A stretch of 63,787 bases of DNA, filler included, from Octopus bimaculoides (lineage: Eukaryota): NCBI RefSeq assembly GCF_001194135.2. It is 5 parts of 5 records of this genome, joined end to end, with 100 filler letters (N's around TTAATTAATTAA, not from the genome) between each part and the next. Parts side by side here need not be neighbours in the genome. Positions count along the whole stretch, not along the records: positions 37,728 to 58,064 come from NC_069003.1; positions 58,165 to 63,787 come from NC_068992.1; 3 more parts are not named here. The stretch is one strand, 5' to 3'. Under the pieces are notes generated by a model. That model had not been told where the DNA came from, did no database searches, and saw only the letters and a program-made list of their open reading frames with translations. Made by a program: the position numbers and the translations under genes. Shown one piece after another: positions 50,620-63,787 of the stretch (position 1 is the stretch's first letter; each line of letters starts with the position of its first letter).

Positions 50620-51776
50620 AGGCGCAGAAGTGGCTGTGTGGTAAGTAGCTTGCTTACCAACCACATGGTTCCGGGTTCAGTCCCACTGCGTGGCACCTTG
50701 GGGAAGTGTCTTCTACTATAGCCTCGGGCCGACCAAAGCCTTGTGACTGGATTTCATAGACTGAAACTGAAAGAAGCCCGTCGTATATATGTATATATAT
50801 ATATATATATATATGGGAGAATATACAAAAAATAACAACAGACGAGGACAGGTGGTGTAAATAACAAAAGTATATATTAGTATGACGCTCGGGAATATGG
50901 AAAGTCTTTGACGTTTCGAGCTNNNNNNNNNNNNNNNNNNNNNNNNNNNNNNNNNNNNNNNNNNNNNNNNNNNNNNNNNNNNNNNNNNNNNNNNNNNNNN
51001 NNNNNNNNNNNNNNNNNNNNNNNNNNNNNNNNNNNNNNNNNNNNNNNNNNNNNNNNNNNNNNNNNNNNNNNNNNNNNNNNNNNNNNNNNNNNNNNNNNNN
51101 NNNNNNNNNNNNNNNNNNNNNNNNNNNNNNNNNNNNNNNNNNNNNNNNNNNNNNNNNNNNNNNNNNNNNNNNNNNNNNNNNNNNNNNNNNNNNNNNNNNN
51201 NNNNNNNNNNNNNNNNNNNNNNNNNNNNNNNNNNNNNNNNNNNNNNNNNNNNNNNNNNNNNNNNNNNNNNNNNNNNNNNNNNNNNNNNNNNNNNNNNNNN
51301 NNNNNNNNNNNNNNNNNNNNNNNNNNNNNNNNNNNNNNNNNNNNNNNNNNNNNNNNNGGTGGGTGTAAGGAATTGGATGGGGTGGAGTGGGAAGGTAGAG
51401 TAGGAGTGTGTTGGGGTGTGGTGGGATGAGCTTATGAGGGGGTGTTGACGAGGAGGGAGAAGGGGAAGGTGGATGTAAGAGAGGGGGAAGATGGGTATGG
51501 GAGGGGAGAGGAAGAGAGGAGAGAGGGTATATATATATATATGCGTGTGTGTATGTGTTTGTCCCCCCACCATCGATGGTGGTGTGTTTACGTCCCCGTA
51601 ACTTAGCGGTTCGGCAAAAAGAGACCGATAGAATAAGTACTAGGCTTACAAAGAATAAGTCCTGGTGTCGATTNNNNNNNNNNAAAGAATAAGTCCTGGT
51701 GTCGATTTTCTCGACTAAAGGCGGTGCTCCAGCATGGCTGCAGTCAAATGACTGAAACAAGTAAAAGAGTAAAGAG
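50620..51776 (+). mobile_element. family A SINE split by an insertion in its central (TA)n
   Basis: 5' half 50620-50790, 3' half 51541-51776, foreign sequence in between. Confidence 0.8.
50815..51527 (-). mobile_element. Penelope-like terminal-repeat insertion, partly in a gap
   Basis: Minus strand GCTCGAAACGTCAAAGAC..CCCGAGCGTCATACTAAT..TACACCACCTGTC..TTCTCCC-(TA)n; same element on the plus strand at 63441-63541. Confidence 0.5.
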
Positions 51777-51964
51777 TTCTATATATCATGATATGTCTAT
51801 TCACATACAATAATGATATTGTAGAAATACATGCCATATTCATTCTATAACCAGGTGTTGTAAGTATATATATATATGTAGCAATATACCATGCTAATTA
51901 GATCTACCCTATAATTGTTATACTTTTAACCAAAAAACTTTAAAAGACCCCCTTCGGTAATAAT

Positions 51965-52135
51965 GATGATGGGATTGCACCAAGTTCCCCTCCGAGGCAC
52001 AAGTCTGGGCAAGGTTGTTTATGGAAGACCAGCAGTCACCCATGCGTACCAGCCTTTCCTCTCCATGCCATCGATGTTATCCAAGGGAACAGGCAAACGC
52101 CGATACAGCTTGGCACCAGTGACGTCACAACTCAT
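51965..52135 (-). mobile_element. family D SINE 3' part
   Basis: Reverse complement of ~19280-19440. Confidence 0.7.
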
Positions 52136-52231
52136 ATATTCTGATATTATTGTGAGGATTGGACAAAAGAATAATAAGAACAAGAATAATAAGAACAAGA
52201 ATAATAAGAACAATAATCATCATCAATAATC

Positions 52232-52662
52232 ATGGCAGAATCATTAGCACGCTGGGCGAAATGCTTACCGGTATTTCGTCTGCCGTTACGTTCTGAGTTC
52301 AAATTCCACCGAGGTCAACTTTGCCTTTCATCCTTTCGGGGTCGATAAATTAAGTACCAGTTACGCACTGGAGTCGATGTAATCGACTTAATCCTTTTGT
52401 CTGTCCCCTCTATGTTTAGCCTCTTGTGGGCAATAAAGAAATAAGAAACGTTAGCGCGCCGGGCGAAATGCTTACCGGTATTTTGTCTGCCGCTACATTC
52501 TGAGTTCAATTCCGCCGAGGTCAACTTTGCCTTTCATCCTTTCAAGGTCAATAAATAAAGTACCAGTTACACACTGGGGTCGATGTAATCGACTTAATCC
52601 CTTTGTCAGTCCTTGTTTGTCCCCTCTATGTTTAGCCCCTTGTGGGCAATAAAGAAATAAGA
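52232..52662 (+). mobile_element. head-to-tail family B SINE dimer with TSD
   Basis: Two units joined at ATAAGAAACGTTAGC (~52441-52455); AAGAACAATAATCATCATC at both 52206-52224 and 52659-52677. Confidence 0.85.
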
Positions 52663-53695
52663 ACAATAATCATCATCTAATGTCTGTTGTCCATGCTGGC
52701 ATGGAGTAGGACGGTTTGACCAGGGCTGGCAAGCAGGCTCCAGTCTGATTTGGAATGGTTTCTATAGCTGGATGTCATTCCTAATGCCAACCACTTTACA
52801 GAGTGTGCTGGGTGCTTTTACATGGCACTGCACTTACGTGCCACTGTGCTTCTATGTGGCACCACATAAATGCTATTTTCCTTTCTCTAGAAATGTGCTA
52901 CTAATGGATTCGAAGACATGGTGTCCAGTGAAACTAAAGTGCTAGGAAGTGAATAATAATTTGTCAGCATGGGAAAAGAATAAATGGAAGCCGAAGGGAA
53001 AAGTGAAGAAGAAAAAGTAAGAAAAAAGACAAAGAAGGTGAAGAAGAAAGTAAAGAAAACAAAGAGGAAAAAAAGAAAGGGAGAAGGAGGAGGTGGAAGA
53101 GGAGGGATAATGTTTCCCAGTATGTGGCTGGTATTTATTTTATCAATCTTGAAAAGATTGAGAGATGAAAAAAAAACAAAAACAAAAAATGTTACATAGG
53201 CAGGAACTGAACTCGTAACGTTGAGAAATGTCGCTAAATATCACAAAGCATTTTTCTCCAGTGCTCTACCGCTTCTACCACACATAGACTGTGTTGTTAA
53301 AGAAAAATTAGATCTATTGTAGTTGCTGGCATCTTTTCCCAGATATTGCATTGTTTGTTTTTCTTTTAATAGTAAGACACTGGTGCCATCCATACTACTG
53401 TAACAGTTATGGCTATTGTTGTAGTTAAAATTGTCAGCCATATCAACACTAGCGCTGCAGCATTACAAATTATGTAAACAGACGGAGTGCAGCTGCACAC
53501 ACACACACACATATATACACACACACATATATACACATACATATACACACATACATACACACACACATATACATATATAAACGTAGTACGTAACCCATGC
53601 CAGTATTGACAATGGACGTTAAATGATGATATATATACACATATATACATATTATATACACACAGATACATATATACATATATATACACAAACAT

Positions 53696-53790
<95 letters not shown>

Positions 53791-53805
53791 TATGCATCCA
53801 AACAT

Positions 53806-53848
<43 letters not shown>

Positions 53849-54306
53849 TGCATATGCATCTAAGCATATATATATACAAACACACACACACACACACACA
53901 CACGCATACATACATATTCATACAAGTGCGTGCATGTATGTATATATATGCACACATACATACATATACATACATACTCACACATGACCTGTTTTTTTTG
54001 TTTGTTTGTTTTTCTTCTTCCTAGCCAGCCACAACTGCAAAACGTATCATTTCAAACAGTCAGCCTAACACAAGTTAAACAACAATATAGCAACCAAATC
54101 TTATTAAAACAACAGCAACAACAACAAAAAAACCCCACAAAGGACAACAACCCTTTCTATAATTTTGAAGCATGTGACAAGGTCACACATTTTTTTTAAA
54201 AGAAATATATACCCAAAACCAGAGATTGCAATGTTGGCGTAGGCACAGCGTCAAATAACTGAGTTGATTTGTATCCTGTCTTCGGCACTTCTCACTCAAT
54301 GGATGG

Positions 54307-54575
54307 CCCAGTTTGCCTAGCTGTAAACAGGTACCACAAGGGGGTATGGTTTTACTATAACTAGTCCACTTAGCTGTAAATAGATACTAGATACCAGTGC
54401 AGTATAGTTCACTGTATGGTGTACAAGGACTAAGACATTTGAATGTCAATAGTCCAGTCCACCTGGCTGTAAGTAGGTATCACAGTGTGGTATAGTTCAC
54501 TAGGCAGCTCTCAACAGCCCAGCCGCCCAGTCCACTTAGCTGTATGTAGGTACCACAGTCTGGTATAGTCAACTG
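54307..54575 (+). repeat. four diverged ~50-bp repeats
   Basis: Consensus CCAGTCCACTTAGCTGTAA..GGTACCACAG..GGTATAGTTCACT at ~54307, 54361, 54454 and 54527. Confidence 0.75.
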
Positions 54576-55548
54576 TACTGTGTCCTCGAACGCCAATGAA
54601 TTTGCATTCTTCATTTTCAGTCTGGAAGCAGAACAGTGAATAAAATGCAAGACTTTTCAAAAGTTTAACACGGTATTGTTTAAAGACCAAAAGATGGGGC
54701 CGTGTTTCTTAGTTTCTCTTTATCGAAAGAATTGAGAGAGAGAGAGAGAGAGTGTGTGTGTGTGTGTGTGTGTGTGNNNNNNNNNNNNNNNNNNNNNNNN
54801 NNNNNNNNNNNNNNNNNNNNNNNNNNNNNNNNNNNNNNNNNNNNNNNNNNNNNNNNNNNNNNNNNNNNNNNNNNNNNNNNNNNNNNNNNNNNNNNNNNNN
54901 NNNNNNNNNNNNNNNNNNNNNNNNNNNNNNNNNNNNNNNNNNNNNNNNNNNNNNNNNNNNNNNNNNNNNNNNNNNNNNNNNNNNNNNNNNNNNNNNNNNN
55001 NNNNNNNNNNNNNNNNNNNNNNNNNNNNNNNNNNNNNNNNNNNNNNNNNNNNNNNNNNNNNNNNNNNNNNNNNNNNNNNNNNNNNNNNNNNNNNNNNNNN
55101 NNNNNNNNNNNNNNNNNNNNNNNNNNNNNNNNNNNNNNNNNNNNNNNNNNNNNNNNNNNNNNNNNNNNNNNNNNNNNNNNNNNNNNNNNNNNNNNNNNNN
55201 NNNNNNNNNNNNNNNNNNNNNNNNNNNNNNNNNNNNNNNNNNNNNNNNNNNNNNNNNNNNNNNNNNNNNNNNNNNNNNNNNNNNNNNNNNNNNNNNNNNN
55301 NNNNNNNNNNNNNNNNNNNNNNNNNNNNNNNNNNNNNNNNNNNNNNNNNNNNNNNNNNNNNNNNNNNNNNNNNNNNNNNNNNNNNNNNNNNNNNNNNNNN
55401 NNNNNNNNNNNNNNNNNNNNNNNNNNNNNNNNNNNNNNNNNNNNNNNNNNNNATATATAAAACTTTGCTTGGCTAAAACATGGTTCTTAATATATAATAT
55501 CGTATTCAAAGTATAGCCGTTCTATCGATTGCGCTCTTTTCTTTGGAC

Positions 55549-55588
<40 letters not shown>

Positions 55589-55777
55589 GAGTGTGTGTAA
55601 GGTAAGCTACATACACATACAATCCTCCTTACATATGAACAACATCATTATACACGAGAAACAGACATTGCATATATATATACACGCACACATACAAGAC
55701 ATGTTATAAGACAATATATTAGATATCAAATGGGTAAATGTTATCAAATATTACTCGCCATATATATATATATAAAC

Positions 55778-55779
<2 letters not shown>

Positions 55780-55850
<71 letters not shown>
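55780..55850. repeat. (GATA)n tetranucleotide repeat; also (TATC)n ~55550-55588 and (GATA)n ~56939-56977
   Basis: Read directly. Confidence 0.95.
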
Positions 55851-56938
55851 CATCTTTAACCGTTTTATCACCATTATATTGAAGTAAACTGCTTTCGTAT
55901 CACATAATTTTGAAAAGAAGAATGTAGTGAAATAATTAGCGGGTTTTCAGAATGGCTATCAATATGCGTGTGTATATATATATATATATATNNNNNNNNN
56001 NNNNNNNNNNNNNNNNNNNNNNNNNNNNNNNNNNNNNNNNNNNNNNNNNNNNNNNNNNNNNNNNNNNNNNNNNNNNNNNNNNNNNNNNNNNNNNNNNNNN
56101 NNNNNNNNNNNNNNNNNNNNNNNNNNNNNNNNNNNNNNNNNNNNNNNNNNNNNNNNNNNNNNNNNNNNNNNNNNNNNNNNNNNNNNNNNNNNNNTTCTCT
56201 TCTTCATGAGGTGATGATAGCTATTCCGAAATTCCGCTAATAATTTTATCCTTATTACGCTAGTGTTTGGAACATAAATTACTATGAAATTTGGAGGAGA
56301 GGTTCTTAAATTTAGATCACTTTAAACCACTAAGTTAAATATCATCGAACCAGGAATGGTTTTCTTAGGCGGTTTGCTATCAAAAAGAACCCATCAATGT
56401 CTACACACACACACACACACACACAGACGTGCCAGTATATATATATAGAGAGAGAGATAGGGTGCGGAGAGAGTGAGAGAAAGAACAGCAGAAAAAAGTA
56501 TTGTACAGTGCCCGCTTTTTAAATCAACAGTCAAGTGCGCCACAGATTTTGCGCAGATACAAAATAAAAAGCCAGGTAATAAGAAAGCAGAGTTACACAT
56601 GCACACACATACGTGAGAGTGTGTGTGTGTGTGTGTAGCAAGCGAGGACATTTAAAAAAGTAGATTGCTTCAAAATATAAATGTGCGTATAGAACTTGCA
56701 CAGTTAAAAGTTCACAGCGTAGAGACACACATTTTTCCTTTTCTAATACGCAACTGTTTAACTATTCGGCAATTTATGGATGTTTTGTGTGAGTGCGTGC
56801 ATTTTTAGTTAGTTAGCAGCGGTGGTGCCGATGGTAGGTCACATTCCTGATCAGTGGTTACGAATATGAAAGAAAGCTCAATACGTGATACATGGTGTAC
56901 ACATACACACACACACACATAACAGAGAGAAGAGGGAG

Positions 56939-56977
<39 letters not shown>

Positions 56978-59974
56978 CATTCACTTATACATATATTTAT
57001 TAAAATGCAAGAGGATGGCTGCGGGCTTAAAGAGTCCACTTGACTCTTTCACGTCGGAAGTACAATTCTTTTAAAAGTGAGTAGAGTGATGGATGGTCTT
57101 TCTTGCACACGAGTGGCCAGCCATTTCGCACGTACACACACGTGCGTGGAGGCCACTATGTGGACTGCCAATGTGCTAGAAGATCACATGTCATGTGTCT
57201 ACTAAGACCGGTTAATTCTCAAAGTGAATTTAGCGAAGTAACAATATATATATATATATATGTGTGTGTACGGATGAGTGCGTGTGTTGCGTCAGTTTTT
57301 TTAGTCGGGTAATTTTTGACGGTGAGAAAGCGTAGTTGTAAAGAAACGCGCAACAAAAGAAAAGAAAAGAAAAGAAAAGACATCAAAAAACAACTCCACA
57401 TGTTTCTCAATAGTTTTTCTTTTCTTTTTTTCTGTTTTCACATTCAGCCGTATGTTCACAGTAACTCTCTCTCCGGTCTATGAAGAAGAGGCAGATAAGA
57501 TATTGGTCCGAAAACATCAACGACTGGACACATCTCAACATAATATAACTAACGCAGCCCTTTTGCTAGTGACGGAGGACAGATTAGTGGCGGAATGCTG
57601 ACTGCCTGAGGGCCGAGAGCGCGCCAGTCACGGGAAAAGGAGAGAGAGAAAGAAAGAACTGTGAGAAAGTGAGGTAAAATTAGTATTGTGTGTGAGAAAG
57701 CTATATAAAAAAATATGCATAGTTATTCTGCGCACTTCTGGTTGCTTTACTAAATATATAAAAATCGCGCCTTATTACTGTAACCAAACACACTCGACTG
57801 CAACGTTTGCGCGTTAGCCCAGCGAACAAATGCACCTATCTATCTATCTGTCTATGTGGCTGTCTGTCCATTTAGAGTTCACTGTCGAAAGGAAAAGTAT
57901 TCGGCACCACTGTAGAGATTAATAATGGTTTCGGGTTTAGTGAATCGGAGAGACCCCCCCCCCACCACCACCACCATAGTTTCCGCCCATCCAATTTCAC
58001 ACACGGTTTAGATAGCCTTGAAAACACTTGCCAAACTGTTCAACCATTCCTAAACAATATATATNNNNNNNNNNNNNNNNNNNNNNNNNNNNNNNNNNNN
58101 NNNNNNNNTTAATTAATTAANNNNNNNNNNNNNNNNNNNNNNNNNNNNNNNNNNNNNNNNNNNNATATATATATATATATATATATACGTACGTACATAT
58201 ACGCATACATATGTGACCACAGATACGTTGGCATAGAGAACTATTTGTTAACCCAGATAATGAATACCCTCCCCTATAATGTGTGTGGTTAAGGCAAGAG
58301 CGGAAAAAGAAATGGTTATTTCCGGCGTACGTACGAAATATATTTCAAATCCTTTTCTGCTACTTTAGTTCACTTGTTTTCTCAGAGCGAAGTAGTTTAT
58401 TTACTGGTAACTGTTGAGACTTATGGAATGAATGCTTTCGTTACTTTTAAATTTGTATTATAAATAATTAAATAGTACGTAAATTCTTTAATTTCATTAA
58501 ATTAATTTCATAAGTCTTGCTGGTTGAAATTTGTCCGTATCAATTAACTGGCACGAATGTTAATAATATACAATTGTAGTAATTTATATTAGTTCTTAAT
58601 TATGTATCTACCATGCATATCGAGCATCCATATTGCTTCTTTCTTGTTAGTAACAATCATCTGTGTTATTCTTGTTTAAATATCAAAAAACCTACGACTA
58701 CTGAATTTATCAAGATATCACAATAAAAATATTATGAATATACATTATAAGCTTATCCACAACGCCATAGATTTTTAAAAAATTAACCTTTTTTTACCTT
58801 CTCTTCCTTCCAGTTAACAACGCATTCATTAAACCATTCGCATTCAGATAATAATGTTCAAAATATGTTATTTGAAAAATGGATCAACTTCTATATATTT
58901 ACTGATTTTTCTTTATAATTGCAATATTTGAAACTTTTATGTTGTCTTAAAGTTTTTCTCTTCTGCAAAATTAACGTTCAGTTTTTTTATTTTGTGTGTG
59001 TGTGTACACAGCCCATTCATCCACGTACGTACACATTTGTGCGTATGTACACATATATTCAAAGTACATGTACTTCTATGCAGTTCTTCACACACGTATA
59101 TCTATGTGTGTTTCTATTTCTGATTGCCAGCGGTGTTGGCATGTCATCTCAAATTAGATATTTTTAGCACAGTAAGAAGATTCGAAAATACAGTGTGTCT
59201 TTTAAGACAGCAACAGCGCTTTCATCGGTACACACACGCATTCAGTCACAGACAAGTCTGCTTGCGCGCTCGCGTATGTGTATGTATTTGTATGTGTGTG
59301 TGTATATGTGTATGCGTGTGCATGTGTATGGGTGTGTGTGCACGCGAGATCAATATTTTATATAGATATCAAAAACATTGATAGAAAAATTATCCTAAAA
59401 ATAAAGTAGACGTGATATTTTGGGTAAATTAACCCTTGCAAAAAGCTTGAGAAAAAATTAGAAATACATTACTTTGCTGCACTTTAGCAGCGTCTGGTGT
59501 TACAAATCACGTTTGAGAAGACGTTAAATGAGAACAGCTGATTGTTTTCCCTTTGCTTTGATATGTATGCGAAGGATTAGGACATATATTGAAGGCATCT
59601 CTTTAAAGACCATAACATCGGTAACTCACAAATTAAAGACACAATTCTGTTCAAAACTCACAAATCAGCCATCAAGGACGGGATTGAGTTGAATATAATA
59701 CAGTGTTTATTATACCGACCACGTATAACAATATCTGGCCTACATCGTCATATAATCATTATTGCTTATATAAACATTTATATATTTATATACATGTATG
59801 TGGGTGGGTTGTGTGTGTGTGTATATATATGTGTGTGTGTATGTATGTATGTATCTATGCATGTATGTATGTACGTATGTATGACTCCGTAGGTAATCAA
59901 TATTAGACTTATTCTGTGTAAAATGATTCGAGGAGGAGAGACAGAGGTGAGTGTATGCGATATATATATGTGTG

Positions 59975-60008
<34 letters not shown>

Positions 60009-60018
60009 NNNNNNNNNN

Positions 60019-60059
<41 letters not shown>

Positions 60060-60234
60060 ATATATAGAGGGCGAGTGAGTGCAATAGTGAATCGAGAGAG
60101 AAAGTAAAAGAGAAAAAGTTCCAGTGAAAACGGTGATAAAGAGTCTGAGAGCGGACTGAGATAAAAGGAAGAAAAAGATGAGGAGAGATAAAGAGATGAA
60201 AGTAAATGTATCGTCATGTAGAGTGAGGGTGAAA

Positions 60235-60282
<48 letters not shown>

Positions 60283-61486
60283 AAAGGAAAATTAGAAAGG
60301 CAGATAGCACGAGACAAGTGAAAGTACGGTAGGTTTTGAATACAGTTCCGCCTATATTACGTTTACATCTCGCTCGATGGCAAATAATGTTTAGTAAGTC
60401 TTGACGATCAATTCAAGCACCATCATTTCTTCTAGACCTGAATATTCACGACCAAATATAATTAACTTGGATGACTGATACATCTGTCATCCTCTTTAAC
60501 ATAATATATTTGTCCATTATCCACATTTGCAGAATTCGGCAATTAATTGGGTTTAATCTCTGAGCTGAAGATATTAAAATATTCCAACGTTGTTCCTATC
60601 ACTTCTGATGTCTTTCCAAAAAAGGACATGAGCGCTTCTTCTTCTTCTTCTCTTAACTATGGCATAATCATAAAAGAATGAAAGAAAAAATATATGGCTT
60701 AATAACGTATAATCCAATCGAACTAAAATTGTTTTACAAAATTTATGATTAAATTCGTAACAATATTTTTCTTAATGTAATAATAGACATGAAATTCGCG
60801 ATTCTAATTACAGAGTCTAGACAGATAAGCAAAGAATTGATCAATTGATCTCGGGTTAAACAATAACAGCAAACCAATCAAAATCAATCTGGATTATCAC
60901 CAGAAAATATCTCATTACAAACAAACAATCATGACATATAAGAATTTGATATTTGCCTCTTCACTGCGATACATGCAAATGTTGTTTTAGATACTTATTT
61001 CCACCATACATACAATAGCGTAACATGGCGGCGTTTGTAGTCGGCTGCGGCAACTTCAAAACTTAACTAGTACTGATCTGGAAACTGGAATCGAAGCTAG
61101 TTTCCAAAGAGATGTATTCCGTATGGCAAACCTGTTGCTGTTGTCGTTATATTTTATATGGTATTTGTTGTTTAGCCATTTGTCGGTCCTGAGAGAGAAA
61201 ACCTGCGTTCAAAAGTCTTCTGACATTGAATATCCCGACATCTATTCTGGATTACGTAATATATTATGACATAAGACTTGGCTAATATTTTTAATTGGTC
61301 ACATGACCATTGAATACTTCAAGGCATTTTTGCTTAGCTCTCTTTATCCTCACTCATTCATGGCACCGTTATAAAACGATATTATGTACCGAAGTCAGGG
61401 CTATGTCCCTTCACAACCAGCAGGATCATGAATTTATGTTGTTTTGTTTCGATACTATTTCCTTTTACTTACACACAAAATTCTTT

Positions 61487-61882
61487 TGGCGAAATGATTA
61501 GCGGTATTTCGTCTGCCGTTACGTTCTCAGTTCAAATTCGGCCGAAGTCGACTTTGCCTTTCATCCTGCCGCGTACTGGGGTCGCGCTAATCGACTGGCT
61601 CCTCCCCCAAAATTTCGGGTCTTGTGCCTTGAGTAGGAAAGAATATTCTCTCTGTAGATATATCAGTTCCAAATTTTGGCACAAGGCCAGTAATTTTGAG
61701 GGTGGGTGGGTGTCAGTCGATTACATCGGTCCCAGTGCGGAGCTGGTACTTATTTCATCGACCCCGAAAGAATGAAACGGAAAGTCGACCTCAGCGGAAT
61801 TTTTTAAACTCAGAACAGAAAGACAGACGAACGCCGCCAAGCACTTTGCTCGGCGCGCTCACCATTCTGCCAGTTCGCCACC
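61487..61882. mobile_element. tail-to-tail inverted pair of family B SINEs
   Basis: Plus copy 61487-61640; minus copy 61670-61882. Confidence 0.75.
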
Positions 61883-62078
61883 TGACTCTCTCTAAATATG
61901 TAATGATCAATGAAACTGAATAAATCAAGTTAATAAATGACGTCATAAAACAGAAATAAATGTAAGATTAATGTGTAACAGTATGGCGGTCAGGAGCAAT
62001 TGGAAATATAAACATGGAAAGGAAATGGATTCAAATGTGGATATAAATTCATACATATATGCATGCATACATATATAG

Positions 62079-62109
<31 letters not shown>

Positions 62110-62452
62110 AACACATATATATATGTACATATGTGTGTATATATGTATGTACATGTATCTACACAGACAGACGAACAGGCAGACAAACAGAGACAAAGGG
62201 AGACAGAGAGAGAGAGAGAGAGGTGTATATACGTATGGATAGTTAAATTAATAAATGTACGTATTATGCATATGTGTCTACATGTCGATCAATAATAGTT
62301 AATGCGAACCGGAAGATCTCAATCTGAATGTATATTATAATCCTTGGCGTTCAGCAGATAGTGTGAATGGGTGCATCTAAATGTCTAAGAGTCTGTAGCA
62401 CGGTGGCTTGTGTGAAAGCGAATGTATATAAATGTATGTGTATAAATGTGTG

Positions 62453-62524
<72 letters not shown>

Positions 62525-63073
62525 TGTACATCTGTCGGAGAGAATACCATATAATGAATGTATGTGCGGTACGTATATCCGGCAAATAGGTATTGACGTA
62601 ACGTGAAATACAAGTTTCTTCATTCACAAATAGCCATTCTGTCTTCACTCAATTATTAAAACATTTATAGTCTAATCTGAAATGAATAAAATATTTCCGC
62701 TAAATTATGTTTCTACAGACCACCATGGACTTATACGATCGCAATAATTCGTTCTCTCATGTATGTTAATCGTATTACCATACTTTCATGAGTTTACCAT
62801 TTGTCAACATGTAATTACTACTCTATAATAGATAACCTAAAGATCAATTAAAGATAGTTACTGTAATTATTAGGTGTGAAAAGGACACGAGACATATTTC
62901 TCTAATATGATGCCAAAGAACTGGATGAAATTCACTGATGCCATTATAACACTCGAAATAAAGACCTCTCGATCTAATACAATTGATGACAAATGTAAAT
63001 ATTCGGGATGCAAAATGCAAATGTGATTTATGACTTTGTTGTTCATTTATGATTTTCTCGGTGGAGGTCATTG

Positions 63074-63436
63074 TACGAGGGTGAGTCAAAAAGTAATGCC
63101 ATTTTGTTTAGGACACTACAGTTTTCACTTCCTCGTAACTAGAATAATATAGCGCCTTCATACTATCATCTCTTCGGCCCCATGAAAGAGGGTTTGAGAA
63201 CCAAACATTATTCCAGTGACGAGGAAGTGAAAACTGAAGTGAAGAAGTGACTCAAAGAACAGCCAACAGAATTTTACGGGTCAGGGGTATATGCTCTCAT
63301 TCCTAGGTGGAACATTGCTATTGAGAGAAACGGTGAGTATGTTGAGATGGAAGGATGTGATCCACAGAGGACCAGCTTCATTTTGATGAATGATACATGT
63401 TCCTGTGTTGGGAATTATGCCTGTCCTAGACAAAAT
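63074..63436 (+). mobile_element. internally deleted mariner element
   Basis: TA-CGAGGGTGAGTCAAAAAGTAATGCC TIR; PSYYHLFGPMKEGLRTKHYSSDEEVK..FYGSGVYALIPRWNIAIERNGEYVE; right subterminal GTCCTAGACAAAATGG is cut off by the next element. Confidence 0.85.
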
Positions 63437-63440
63437 GGAC

Positions 63441-63539
63441 AGAAACGTTAAAGACTTTTTCACTTCCCGAGCGTTAAACTAATATCTGTTTCTTGTCTAC
63501 ACCACCTGTCTTTGTCTTCTGTTTTTTTTGTGAATTCTC

Positions 63540-63541
<2 letters not shown>
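63441..63541 (+). mobile_element. Penelope-like terminal fragment ending at (TA)n
   Basis: GAAACGTTAAAGACTTTTTCACTTCCCGAGCG..TTCTCCC; homologous to 50815-50922. Confidence 0.55.
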
Positions 63542-63574
<33 letters not shown>

Positions 63575-63787
63575 CAATGTTAATTCTCTAAATGAAGTAT
63601 TAACAGTAACTGCACGATAAAGTGTAGTATATTGCCACTTAAGTGTGGCTGAACCCTAGGGGTGGATGTTACTGTTGCTTTTAGCCCCAAGAGGACATCT
63701 CCTCCAGCTGGCTTATCGACACACGACTGTGTCCTGTTTGCCAAGGGAGTTATCCCTCTCACCACGGCCAGCAGCACGAACGTATCC

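Noticed and set aside
62930-62975. CTGATG..GAAA as another hammerhead (also ~56210)
   Set aside because: The core deviates from CUGANGA and no stem II or stem I can be paired.

Overview
AT-rich eukaryotic draft-assembly sequence with many N gaps. The SINE, LINE and microsatellite content suggests an octopus genome; this is an inference from repeat style, not a database match. I found no intact protein-coding gene. The window is a mosaic of microsatellites, at least four tRNA-derived SINE families, decayed LINEs (L1/Tx1, RTE, R4/Dong-like, two Penelope-like clades), DNA-transposon relics (Tigger/pogo, Tc1, DD37D-like, mariner) and MITEs (mariner, Tc1, hAT, piggyBac-like). Highlights: (1) an inverted pair of Penelope-type terminal repeats, each with an intact minimal hammerhead ribozyme core (42.17-42.38 kb); (2) a 17-bp minisatellite born inside an RTE reading frame that also hosts a TTAA MITE; (3) a probable Naiad-type Penelope-like element; (4) a CpG-depleted domain (~22-53 kb) that suggests a methylated host-gene body with unidentified exons; (5) SINE insertions whose target duplications start with the SINE's own TAAGAA tail. 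Most ORFs in the supplied track are microsatellite, gap or antisense artefacts. Coordinates of decayed elements are approximate.
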